Below are positions 29,265 through 38,867 of a stretch of DNA of 64,000 nt, one piece after another. Source of the DNA: an uncultured Pseudomonadales bacterium (lineage in GTDB: Bacteria > Pseudomonadota > Gammaproteobacteria > Pseudomonadales > CANNCY01); the NCBI GenBank assembly GCA_947503335.1, contig CANNCY010000002.1, forward strand, positions 355,823 to 419,822, given 5' to 3'. Below the pieces are notes generated by a model. That model searched no databases, was not told the origin of the DNA, and saw only the letters and a program-made list of their open reading frames with translations. A program made the translations under genes and the position numbers. How positions within the stretch are numbered: the first letter of the stretch is position 1; each line of letters starts with the position of its first letter.

Positions 29265-29941
29265 GTTACTAGCCCTGGCTCACTGTATAGATAACTGTAG
29301 TCGTTAAAGTTAGAGATACTTATACGATCGCCCGAGTAAAAGCATTCGCTGATCGCACAGTTAATGATTGGCTCATATAATTGATACGCGCTCTCATCAG
29401 GCAAGCCCATTACGCCTGCCATGATCGTGGCCATCGTACCGCCCGACGTAAACACACCAATCGTCTTTCCTGAGCCCTGCTGGGCCATAATATCTGCTAC
29501 GGCCGCGCGCGCTTGATCTCTAAACTGCTGCCAAGGCGTTACCTGCTCGTGTGTTAGCCCGGCGACCCACGCATTGAATAATGCTTTGATCACCTTTTGA
29601 TACTGTTTGCTAGTAGACAAACCATCAGCCACAAACCTCGCCAATGTCTTATCGGTTTTTATCAACTCTGGCAACAAATAGGTAAGGTGCTGATCCATAT
29701 CGATTTCATTTAATCGTGCATCAATATGATGCTCACACGGGGCGAGTTTTGACAGTGCGATGATCGCCGTATCTTTTTGGCGCTCTAAAGACCCCGAGTA
29801 AATTGCATCAAACGTAATCTGGCGTGTTTGTAGGTGGCCGCCTAAGTGCGCAGCCTGTTGGCGCCCAACGACAGACAATTGATCGTAGTTATCACTACCA
29901 AAAGAAGCCTGGCCATGACGAATAAAGAATAATTTTGACAC
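29255..29941 (-). CDS. Histidine phosphatase family protein
   Basis: IRHGQASFG, LERQKDT, LNE, FTSGG. Confidence 0.9.
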   Translation of the reverse strand: MSKLFFIRHGQASFGSDNYDQLSVVGRQQAAHLGGHLQTRQITFDAIYSGSLERQKDTAIIALSKLAPCEHHIDARLNEIDMDQHLTYLLPELIKTDKTLARFVADGLSTSKQYQKVIKALFNAWVAGLTHEQVTPWQQFRDQARAAVADIMAQQGSGKTIGVFTSGGTMATIMAGVMGLPDESAYQLYEPIINCAISECFYSGDRISISNFNDYSYLYSEPGLVTYR

Positions 29942-30055
29942 TTAGTTTGCACCTAGTTAGGTAGTTTTTTAACCATGAGGCAAGTAGAGTACGTTGTTAT
30001 ACGGTATTTTCAAATAAGCATAGGCCTAGCTGTACTGGCGATATAAGAGTTATAT

Positions 30056-30865
30056 ATGATCGGAATAGAGTGGATTGCGGCCTATTTAGTACTAGGCATA
30101 TTTGTTGGATTTATGGCTGGCCTATTAGGGGTTGGTGGTGGTGTCATTATGCTGCCAGTACTTACTTCTCTGTTTCTGTCGCAAGGCTTGCCCACCGAGC
30201 AGGTGGTACACATAGCGCTGGGAACGTCGATGGCATCGATTGTCATGACCTCGCTGAGTAGCATGCTAGCTCATCACCGAAAACGCGGTGTTCGCTGGGA
30301 CCTTTTCAAGGCGATGGCACCAGGGGTGCTAGTTGGCGCGTTCGCCGCAACCTTTTTGGCAACTATTTTAAGCGCACAGGCACTGGCCATATTCTTTGGT
30401 TGCTACATGCTTTATGCATCGATTCAGCTCTATCTAAATAAGCAACCCAAACCATCTAGCAATATCACTGGCACACCCGAACTAATCGCCGCGGGCACCA
30501 CTGTAGGTGGTGTTGCAGCGCTTGTCTCGATCGGTGGCGGCACACTGATGGTGCCGTACTTTACGTGGCGTAATATTAAGCTGACCACTGCTATTGGTAC
30601 GTCGGCGGCTATTGGGTTTCCATTATCGGTGGCAGGCACCATTGGGTATATCTATAACGGCTGGGGCACACCTAACGATTTAGGTCAAAGTGTTGGCTTT
30701 GTTTATTTGCCGGCGGTAATCGTGATCTCAGCAATGAGTATGCTCTTTGCCCCCCTAGGTGCAAAAGTTGCTCATAAACTACCAGTGAAAGTTCTCAAGA
30801 AAGTATTCGCGGTATTGCTAGTAATACTCGCGGCTAAGATGTTAATTCAGGTATTGAGCTCATGA
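30056..30865 (+). CDS. TauE/SafE sulfite exporter family protein
   Basis: AGLLGVGGG, ALGTS, SIGGG, AIGTSAA; multi-TM. Confidence 0.9.
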   Translation: MIGIEWIAAYLVLGIFVGFMAGLLGVGGGVIMLPVLTSLFLSQGLPTEQVVHIALGTSMASIVMTSLSSMLAHHRKRGVRWDLFKAMAPGVLVGAFAATFLATILSAQALAIFFGCYMLYASIQLYLNKQPKPSSNITGTPELIAAGTTVGGVAALVSIGGGTLMVPYFTWRNIKLTTAIGTSAAIGFPLSVAGTIGYIYNGWGTPNDLGQSVGFVYLPAVIVISAMSMLFAPLGAKVAHKLPVKVLKKVFAVLLVILAAKMLIQVLSS

Positions 30866-31344
30866 TTTTTAATAAGAATTATAATCCGCCGACACCCTTA
30901 GCCACCAATGATGTTGTACTGTCTGTACTCGCCCCTGATGTGGTTGAGCAAGACTATGCGGTTGTGATGAAAAACCGCCATCGCCTTCGTTCAATTTTTA
31001 CCGAGCATGATGAATGGCCCGCCGACGATATGTCGCTTGCCGACAATCTTGCCGACTTACAAATGCATCAGCGGGAGTACAACGAGCGCGAGGCTTATGC
31101 TTACGTGATTCACACACCAAAGGGCGAGTATGTTGGTTGCGCCTACGTTTACCCACCTTCGGTTACTGACTATGACGCCGAGCTATTCTTTTGGGTCGAT
31201 GAGCACTTTGTTTTTCTTGAACCGCAACTTGAGCAAGCACTTACTAGCTGGTTAACCGATGATTGGAATATCCCCTCGCTCGCACTTCCAGGGCGCACTC
31301 AACCATGGTCTAGTTGGGCGGGTAAATTATTTCATTCAGAATGA
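30862..31344 (+). CDS. GNAT-like N-acetyltransferase fold protein
   Basis: DYAVVM, DNLADLQMH, YVGCAYVYP, FFWV; overlaps the tauE stop. Confidence 0.65.
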   Translation: MIFNKNYNPPTPLATNDVVLSVLAPDVVEQDYAVVMKNRHRLRSIFTEHDEWPADDMSLADNLADLQMHQREYNEREAYAYVIHTPKGEYVGCAYVYPPSVTDYDAELFFWVDEHFVFLEPQLEQALTSWLTDDWNIPSLALPGRTQPWSSWAGKLFHSE

Positions 31345-31462
31345 TTAAATCGAGAAGCCAGTTATAGGTGAACTGTATCGTAGTCAGTTTCAACAAATCT
31401 CAATAACGTCAAACACTCAACTGCCGTATACTGCGTTCAAGAACAAACATAAGAGCGTTGCT

Positions 31463-33964
31463 ATGCGCAAACTAATCGCGATACTAATGCTAACTGTTTC
31501 AATGCAGTTAGCCGCGGCAGACACCATTGGTCTTGATGACCCGAATATTCGATACACCGGCCGATGGCTCACAACCAATGCCAGCCAACCCCAAACCTCG
31601 TGGGCGGGCACCCAGTTACAGTTTTCATTTACCGGCACCACTGCTGCGATCGAATTAGATACGGGCAAAAAAGCAGAGCAGTTTCGGGTCATTGTTAACG
31701 GCGAGCCTAACCCGCTTCCGATTACCATTAAGCCAGGGCGTCAATGGGTCGAACTGGCAAAAAACCTTACCAAAGATACGCACCACATCGCTCTTTTTAA
31801 AGAAACGCTATATGGCGAGCGCACTACCTTTTATCGTTTAAAAGCTGATGGCGCACTGCAGCCATTACCACCCAAACCGAGTAAACGCATTGCTTTCTTT
31901 GGCGACAGCAACATGGACGGCACGTCGATGTATAGCGACGAAGACTCAGGCCATACAGGCACTTATTATGCTTATCCATCAGTTGTGTCGCGTATGCTCA
32001 ACGCCGAACCCTCTATTCAAGCAATGGGGGGCGCAACACTTGGTGGCAAAGGCAATAACGCTGTTACCCAATTTATTTACTCGCCCGACTTCTATTCGCA
32101 AAACACCGACTATCGCGATAATTTTAAGCCTGACGTGATCGTAGTTAACGCCGGCGCAAACGATATTGGGCGAGTCGATAAAAAAGGCGTTAAAACACAT
32201 TACCGCCAAGTTGTTTCTGAACTACGTAATGTTTACGGCGATCAGCCTCACATCGTGCTGTTCAACGCTTATGCTTGGGATTTTAACGAGCCTGCTAATT
32301 ACTCGCACGAAATCGTCGATGAAATAGGTGGCAACCTGTCGGTCGCACTGTTCCCTTGGGTGTGGGAGAAATGGCATGGCTCAATGGTCGAACATGCTGG
32401 GCAAGCCCGTATTTTAGCAAACCACATATTGTCGCTAAATTTGGGTTTTAAACAGGTCGCAGAGGCTGAAGTATTCAGCCGTTATTCAGGCAATTTCGAT
32501 GTTGTAAACGGCAGTTTTGAGCACATAGCGACTGGTGGTTTCATGGGTTTTGGTTGGCGCTATGTCAATCAAGGTGTTGAACGCATCAACGGTGATGCAG
32601 CTCATGGCGAGTTCTATATTCGATTAGATAAGGGCGAGCAAGTACATCAGGGCAACGACGCAACGGGCGACCTCATGCCTGGTGGTACGCAAGGCAAACA
32701 GCGCTACCGTATTTCAGCAATGATTCGATCAACTAACGATGGCGTAGTCAATATTGGCGCACGTTTTCAAGATCAAGGTCTATATAGCCCTAAGCCTGTT
32801 CAGTTAAAAACATTTAGCGCCAACGATCATTGGCAGCCAGTTAGCACCACTGTCGTAGCACCAGAAGGCAGCTGGAAGATCGAAACAGTGTTGCAAGCCA
32901 CCCAGGGTACTGTCGACATCGATAACATTCAAGTCGAGACTATCGACTATAACGTCGCCGATGATCTTCAACCAATGCAGCAAATCTCATTTCAATATGG
33001 CGAGTACCAACGCGACGCATTTCTATTTATACCCGAGGGCCACGACAAACCGTTACCGCTAGTGGTGGCAATTCATGGCTATACCAGTACGGCGACCGGG
33101 TTTCAGTTGGCTCATGGTTTAAATCGCCACGCAACTGATAACGGCTACGCCATTTTGTACCCTCAAGGTATGCACTTTAAAGCAAGCTGGGGTGGGCGCG
33201 TAACGTCGTGGAACGATGAGGCAGCTAACTTTGCTACCGACACTGGGCCCGACCGTCATTGTGCAGCCGACAAAGACCCCTACCCTATGCCACCCGACTG
33301 TAAACAGATGGGCCCATGCGGTTGGACTAGCTGTCAAGACGACGTAGGGTATATCGAAGCGTTACTAGACAAGATACAAACTCGCCCAGAAATAGATGCT
33401 AGCAAAACCTATGCATTAGGCGTAAGTAACGGCGGTATGATGGTGCTACGCCTAGGATGTAATCTATCTGAGCGCTTTGCTGCTATCGCACCGATCATCG
33501 GGCAACTAGCCCCTCAATTTGATTGCACGCCCTCGACGTCATTGCCAATGATCCATTTAGCCGGCGCGCTAGATACCACGGTAACAGTAGACGGGTCGCA
33601 AACCGCTGATGGATTCTTTTATAACTCTGTCGCAGAAACCACCCAGACTTGGGCAACAGCACTTAGCTGTAACATGAACGAAAAGCCGTGGCCAAATCTA
33701 TTGGCCGCCAACGGCGACATGCAATGTACCCAATATACTCAGTGCGGTGATAAAGGCTCTGCTGTAACCAGCTGCATTGCACCTAAAGAAGCGCACAATT
33801 GGCCAGCACAGGGGTACCTTGGCGCACCAGCGACCTGCGTTACGCAACAACAGACTAGTGCGATGCCCGAATCACCACTTTGTACTATACCTAAAGGCCA
33901 ATATCGATCTGCAGGAATGGATACCATTTGGGGGTTCTTTAAGCAATACAAGGTGGGCGAGTAA
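31463..33964 (+). CDS. Secreted multi-domain esterase: CE2-like SGNH domain, CBM-like domain, PHB-depolymerase/LpqP-like alpha/beta hydrolase
   Basis: Signal peptide; RYTGRW/SWAG, FFGDSN, VNAGANDI; NGSFE...IDNIQV; VAIHGY, DDVGYI, GVSNGGMM. Confidence 0.8.
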   Translation: MRKLIAILMLTVSMQLAAADTIGLDDPNIRYTGRWLTTNASQPQTSWAGTQLQFSFTGTTAAIELDTGKKAEQFRVIVNGEPNPLPITIKPGRQWVELAKNLTKDTHHIALFKETLYGERTTFYRLKADGALQPLPPKPSKRIAFFGDSNMDGTSMYSDEDSGHTGTYYAYPSVVSRMLNAEPSIQAMGGATLGGKGNNAVTQFIYSPDFYSQNTDYRDNFKPDVIVVNAGANDIGRVDKKGVKTHYRQVVSELRNVYGDQPHIVLFNAYAWDFNEPANYSHEIVDEIGGNLSVALFPWVWEKWHGSMVEHAGQARILANHILSLNLGFKQVAEAEVFSRYSGNFDVVNGSFEHIATGGFMGFGWRYVNQGVERINGDAAHGEFYIRLDKGEQVHQGNDATGDLMPGGTQGKQRYRISAMIRSTNDGVVNIGARFQDQGLYSPKPVQLKTFSANDHWQPVSTTVVAPEGSWKIETVLQATQGTVDIDNIQVETIDYNVADDLQPMQQISFQYGEYQRDAFLFIPEGHDKPLPLVVAIHGYTSTATGFQLAHGLNRHATDNGYAILYPQGMHFKASWGGRVTSWNDEAANFATDTGPDRHCAADKDPYPMPPDCKQMGPCGWTSCQDDVGYIEALLDKIQTRPEIDASKTYALGVSNGGMMVLRLGCNLSERFAAIAPIIGQLAPQFDCTPSTSLPMIHLAGALDTTVTVDGSQTADGFFYNSVAETTQTWATALSCNMNEKPWPNLLAANGDMQCTQYTQCGDKGSAVTSCIAPKEAHNWPAQGYLGAPATCVTQQQTSAMPESPLCTIPKGQYRSAGMDTIWGFFKQYKVGE

Positions 33965-34017
33965 CGCCCACTGTGGTAGCCTGAACACATAATAAAAGTT
34001 AGTAATTGAGACGTACC

Positions 34018-36039
34018 ATGCAAAGCACGCAAATTGATCCTCGCGAATCTCTGCAAAAAGCTATTCAAGCCCTTAAAGGCAAACAGCCACACATTGCCGA
34101 GCAGATCTGTCGAGAGTTCTTAGTACACACGCCATCAAGCATGCCGCACATTCAGCTGCTTAGTCACGCGCTGATTCAAACCGATCGCTACGACGAGGCC
34201 GAGTCGCAACTAGAATTTGCCATTAAGATTGTGCCCGATTACGCAAACCTCTACGAAGATCTTGGCAGCCTATACATGCTTCAGGGTAGAACTGACGAAG
34301 GCATCAGGCTGCTAGAACAAGCAGTACAGATGAACCCTCAGTTATCATCGGCGCACAAAAAACTAGGGACAGCCCTTGCTCAACAGGGCGAGACCGAAGC
34401 TGCAGACGAAGCATTTGAAGCGTATATCGATCAAGACCCTCAGCGAAAGCTGGTGGCTCAGGCGATGGGGCATTGGCGTGCAGGTCGCAACAGCGATGCT
34501 ATCTCTACATTGCGCCAAGTGCTAATGGCCGATAATAACAATGTTGATGCAATGCGTTTTTTGGCGATCATCTACATTAACGACGGCAACAACCTTTACG
34601 ATGCCGAAGCGCTACTTAGACGCGCCACAGAGATTGCGCCCGACTATGTGCAAGCGCTTAACGATTTAGGCTCATTGCTTAACGATAGCCACAAATATGA
34701 TGAAGCCGTATCTGTCTGGAATAGAGTAATTGCCCTTACTCCCGATGACAAACGCGCGTACTCGAGCATTGGTAGCTCACTTACTAGGCTTGGTCGTCTA
34801 GACGAGGCTGTTGCAAACTATAAAAAAGCACTTCAAATCGATGAAGCGTCGCCGCAGATTCACATGGTACTCGCGCACCAATTAAAGACACTGGGTCGAC
34901 AAGAAGAAGCCCTGGTTTCTTATCGCCGCTCTATCGAGCTAAATCCAGGTTTGGGTGAGTCGTATTGGAGTATGGCAAACCTGAAAATCTTCAAGTTCGA
35001 ACCCAACGAAGTTGCGGCCATGGAAGCACAGCTAGAAAAAGAAGATATTTCTAAAGATGCGCGCTTTCACTTATTATTCTCTTTAGGCAAAGCCTATGAA
35101 GATCTAAAAGATTACAAAAAGGCTTGGCACTACTATGACGAAGGCAACAAGATTAGACGCGAGACTGTCAGCTACGACCCCACGCGAAATAGAGTGGAGT
35201 GCGAAACTGACAAGACGTTCTTTAATCAAGCGTTTATCGACCAACATAAAGGAAGTGGGCACGATGCTAAGGATCCCATTTTTATTGTTGGCTTACCTCG
35301 CACAGGCTCAACATTAATTGAACAGATTCTAGCAAGTCACTCTCAGGTAGAAGGCACGTCTGAACTACCTAACATTGGTGCGATTGCCCAATCTACTGCC
35401 AAATTCAGACGTGATAATCTGCAGTATCCTCAAACTCTTGAAAACGCTCAGGGTCGTGACTGGCGCGCATACGGTAGACAATACCTTAAAGAAGTAGCGC
35501 ATCACCGTATCGAGGGCACACCGATTTTTATCGACAAGATGCCGAACAATTTCTTTCGTATTGGCTTCATAAAATTGATTTTGCCAAATGCCAAAATTAT
35601 TAATACTCGTCGCTATCCTCTTGATAGTTTGCTCGGTGCATACAAGCAGTTATTTGCTAGAGGGCAAGACTTTACCTACGACCGCTTCGAGCTTAGCGAA
35701 TACTACCGCGACTATGTTGACCTTATGAATCACTGGCATTCAGTGTTTCCTGGCGAGATCTTAGACGTACATTACGAAGACACTGTTACTGATTTTGAGA
35801 CGCAAGTTAAGCGTATTCTAGAGTTCTGTGATCTACCCTTTGAAGAAAACTGCCTTCGCTTTCATGAGACAAAACGTGCGGTTAAAACAGCATCATCAGA
35901 GCAAGTACGCCAGCCTATCTATCGTGGCGCTCTGGGTCTGTTTAAAAAGTATGACGATGAAGCCATGCAAGAATGGAAAGACGACCTTGAAGATATTATT
36001 GAAGCACTACCTCAATCGGTTAAAGACGCTGTTCAATAA
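34018..36039 (+). CDS. TPR-repeat sulfotransferase family protein
   Basis: Long TPR-like N-terminus, then PIFIVGLPRTGSTLIEQIL (5'-PSB), DKMPNN, RYPLDS, VHYED, TASSEQVRQPIY. Likely start ATG 34018. Confidence 0.92.
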   Translation: MQSTQIDPRESLQKAIQALKGKQPHIAEQICREFLVHTPSSMPHIQLLSHALIQTDRYDEAESQLEFAIKIVPDYANLYEDLGSLYMLQGRTDEGIRLLEQAVQMNPQLSSAHKKLGTALAQQGETEAADEAFEAYIDQDPQRKLVAQAMGHWRAGRNSDAISTLRQVLMADNNNVDAMRFLAIIYINDGNNLYDAEALLRRATEIAPDYVQALNDLGSLLNDSHKYDEAVSVWNRVIALTPDDKRAYSSIGSSLTRLGRLDEAVANYKKALQIDEASPQIHMVLAHQLKTLGRQEEALVSYRRSIELNPGLGESYWSMANLKIFKFEPNEVAAMEAQLEKEDISKDARFHLLFSLGKAYEDLKDYKKAWHYYDEGNKIRRETVSYDPTRNRVECETDKTFFNQAFIDQHKGSGHDAKDPIFIVGLPRTGSTLIEQILASHSQVEGTSELPNIGAIAQSTAKFRRDNLQYPQTLENAQGRDWRAYGRQYLKEVAHHRIEGTPIFIDKMPNNFFRIGFIKLILPNAKIINTRRYPLDSLLGAYKQLFARGQDFTYDRFELSEYYRDYVDLMNHWHSVFPGEILDVHYEDTVTDFETQVKRILEFCDLPFEENCLRFHETKRAVKTASSEQVRQPIYRGALGLFKKYDDEAMQEWKDDLEDIIEALPQSVKDAVQ

Positions 36040-36108
36040 GCTTCGGTTTCAATCAGGTGTACAGTGCAGCAGCACCTACACCTGATTGACTCATTTTGTT
36101 ATTACCGC

Positions 36109-37062
36109 TTACATCAAGCTAGCTGGCCATTCAAACGGGAACACCTCTAACCCATGAATCGAGTTACGTATATCGGTACTCAGGGTAATGGTTGCACCCG
36201 TTACACGCTGGTTTAGGTCATGAATCGCAATTGTTGATGGCGAAGAACCGGCAGCGATAATGCCGTCGTTTATCTCGCACAAACCTCGGCCAAACCCCGC
36301 GCGCGCCACCCTTGAATCATCGAGGCCAGTACCTGTAAGAATTGCAGGATCGATCTCAGGCACCTTAAAAGCAACATCATTAGTCTCGTCACTACGACTT
36401 ACATAACGAACGGCGTTACTTGCGGTGTCGTTAAATAATATGCCGTCTCTGTAGGGCCTACAGTTATGAGTACCCGGCGGTAATGTAGCGCTCATGCTTA
36501 CCTTCTTGCCATTAAAATGCAGCATACCGCCTGATTTCAGGCCTGACATATACAAGCCGTCTTTATTGGTAAAGACATTGTTTAGATGTAAGCGATTCAT
36601 GGGTATTGGGCCTTGATCGCTCATTGGATTAAAAGGCACGCCGCGGTAATCTAGACCGTTCGTCTCGATCGCCAAGCCCCAATGAAACTTTTCTTGCGCC
36701 ACATCAAAAGCCACGATCGCATCAAATGCTGTACTGGTAATGAAAATACTACCTTGCCAATAGCTAATTTCGTGACAATGCTTTAAGAAAGGATTACGCC
36801 AGCTTTTTATCAGTTCAAAGTTAGGTGAATAGCAAAATAATTCGTCACTAGCTGCGATATATATTTTATCGTTGGCAAAGCAGATACCGCGTAGGCCGCG
36901 ATCCCATCCTCGGCCCGTCCAGTCGATATCCATTGTGTTCCAGTCGATAGCCTGTGCTGTACGCTGCTCGGCCAAATCAATTAGATACACACCGCCATGG
37001 CTTTGGCCTTGCTGACTGCCACGCACTACTGAAGTCGCTACTAAGATCGTCATTTTGATCAT
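36109..37062 (-). CDS. Hypothetical beta-propeller-like protein (possibly DUF4915/TIGR03032-related)
   Basis: RGLRGI, HCHEI, RLHLN, THN, GFGRGL; all-beta pattern. Family assignment tentative. Confidence 0.65.
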   Translation of the reverse strand: MIKMTILVATSVVRGSQQGQSHGGVYLIDLAEQRTAQAIDWNTMDIDWTGRGWDRGLRGICFANDKIYIAASDELFCYSPNFELIKSWRNPFLKHCHEISYWQGSIFITSTAFDAIVAFDVAQEKFHWGLAIETNGLDYRGVPFNPMSDQGPIPMNRLHLNNVFTNKDGLYMSGLKSGGMLHFNGKKVSMSATLPPGTHNCRPYRDGILFNDTASNAVRYVSRSDETNDVAFKVPEIDPAILTGTGLDDSRVARAGFGRGLCEINDGIIAAGSSPSTIAIHDLNQRVTGATITLSTDIRNSIHGLEVFPFEWPASLM

Positions 37063-37097
37063 ACTCCAATGACATTTATTATTTAGCCTACCTTAAC

Positions 37098-37121
37098 AAA
37101 AAAGGGCGGCAAATGCCGCCC
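37098..37121 (-). terminator. Rho-independent terminator after sglT
   Basis: GGGCGGC/GCCGCCC stem followed by a U6 tract on the minus strand. Confidence 0.8.
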
Positions 37122-37141
37122 ATTTATATCGCTGTAACCCT

Positions 37142-38707
37142 TTACCACCACGCGGTGTAAAGCGCTGCCAAAATCAATACAACCGCTAAACTCGCCATGT
37201 TAAAGCTAGTAGTTGTACTGAAGCTAACATCTTTAGTGCTATAGTCTGCCTGATGCTCAGGCGCTTTGCCCATCAAAGAGACGACAATAGCCAAACCAAG
37301 ACATAACAAGAACACAAGGCCTACACGATCCATAAAGGGCAGTTCAGGCCAAAGCATCTTAAAGGCGAACGAAAATACCGCCGAACCTATAGCTGCCACT
37401 AGCGCACCATTAGCGGTTGCGCGGGGCCAGAACATACCAATCATAAAGATCACAACAACGCCCGGTGTAAAGAAGCCGGTGAACTCTTGAATGTACTGAA
37501 ACGCCTGATCAAATTTGCCCAACAATGGTTGCGCTACAATCATCGCAATAATCATCGCTGTCACACTTACTGTGCGCCCTACCTTTACAAGCTGCTGTTC
37601 ATCTTGCGACTTATTTAGCATGTTGCTGTAGATATCCATCGTAAAGATTGTAGATATGCTATTGGTCATTGACGCTAGCGATGACACAATCGCAGCAAGC
37701 AATGCTGCAAATACGATGCCCTTAATACCCACTGGCAATAGCGCCATCATCGATGGGTATGCTTTATCGGGCGTTTCTAAGTCGGGAATCAAAACCACTG
37801 CGGCGATACCCGGCAATACCACAAGAATAGGCATAAGCAGCTTTAAGAACGCCGCGAATACAATACCCTTTTGTGCTTCTTCAGTACTCTTTGCAGCAAG
37901 CGCGCGCTGAATAATGTATTGGTTAAAGCCCCAGTAAGATAGATTCATCATCCACATGCCGCCTACCAGTACCGAGATGCCAGGTAGATCCATGTAACTT
38001 GGATTCGACTTATCAAGAATCATATCGAAATGACCAGGAATACGTGTCGTTAATTCGTTAAAACCAACCAGAATACCCTGCCCTTCGGCAATCATATCTA
38101 ACGCAATGTACGCAATGATTAAGCCACCGATGACCAACAGCACTACCTGAATAATATCGGTTAGCGCCACGGCCTTAAGGCCACCTTTTAGCGAGTACGC
38201 ACCCGCGAAGATACCTAGACCGATTAATGATGTCATACGATCTAAGCCAGTTACGGTCTCAATGGCGAGTGCACCCAACCAAAGAATCGCTGTTAGGTTT
38301 ACGAATACGTAAATACCCAACCAGAAAAATGCCATCACCGTACGTACCCTGCTATCAAATCGATAGTGCAGGTATTGTGGCATGGTGTAGATCCCTTGCT
38401 TTAAAAAGATTGGCAAGAAGTACTTACCCACAATGATTAAGGTGATTGCAGCCATCCATTCGTACGACGCGATCGCCATACCCATTACGAAACCTGAACC
38501 CGACATGCCAATGATCTGCTCGGCAGAGATATTAGCGGCAATCAACGACGCACCAATTGCCCACCAAGGTAAGGCCTTACCAGCTAAAAAGTAATCGCTT
38601 GTGTTCTTTTCATGCCCCGCTTTTTCGCGCGACACCCATTGAGCAATTGCAAACAGTGCAACGGCGTAGAAAAGCGCTACACCGATATCGATATTTGAGA
38701 GACCCAT
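37142..38707 (-). CDS. sglT: Sodium/glucose-galactose symporter (SSS family, vSGLT-like)
   Basis: DYFLAGKALPWWAIGASLIAANISAEQIIGMSGSG, IASYEWM, YWGFNQYIIQR, AFQYIQEFTG match Vibrio SglT. Confidence 0.9.
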   Translation of the reverse strand: MGLSNIDIGVALFYAVALFAIAQWVSREKAGHEKNTSDYFLAGKALPWWAIGASLIAANISAEQIIGMSGSGFVMGMAIASYEWMAAITLIIVGKYFLPIFLKQGIYTMPQYLHYRFDSRVRTVMAFFWLGIYVFVNLTAILWLGALAIETVTGLDRMTSLIGLGIFAGAYSLKGGLKAVALTDIIQVVLLVIGGLIIAYIALDMIAEGQGILVGFNELTTRIPGHFDMILDKSNPSYMDLPGISVLVGGMWMMNLSYWGFNQYIIQRALAAKSTEEAQKGIVFAAFLKLLMPILVVLPGIAAVVLIPDLETPDKAYPSMMALLPVGIKGIVFAALLAAIVSSLASMTNSISTIFTMDIYSNMLNKSQDEQQLVKVGRTVSVTAMIIAMIVAQPLLGKFDQAFQYIQEFTGFFTPGVVVIFMIGMFWPRATANGALVAAIGSAVFSFAFKMLWPELPFMDRVGLVFLLCLGLAIVVSLMGKAPEHQADYSTKDVSFSTTTSFNMASLAVVLILAALYTAWW

Positions 38708-38774
38708 TGAAGATTCCTATTGGTTATTATTTTTTGCAGCCTACAACAGATTTGGCGACTGGTCTATCGCCCGC

Positions 38775-38788
38775 TGCAAACGTTTTCA
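38775..38788. promoter_or_regulatory. LacI/GalR-family operator TGCAAACGTTTTCA upstream of sglT
   Basis: Matches TGnAAnCGnTTnCA; lies just downstream of a minus-strand -10-like TACGAT (38797-38792). Confidence 0.7.
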
Positions 38789-38816
38789 TGAATCGTATAC
38801 TAAAACGAATATAAAT

Positions 38817-38850
38817 AAAAAGGGTTCGCAGCAAAACCACGAACCCTTTT
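38817..38850 (-). terminator. Rho-independent terminator after the TonB receptor
   Basis: AAAAGGGTTCG...CGAACCCTTTT inverted repeat with A/T tails. Confidence 0.8.
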
Positions 38851-38867
38851 ATGCGAGCGGCTACGAA

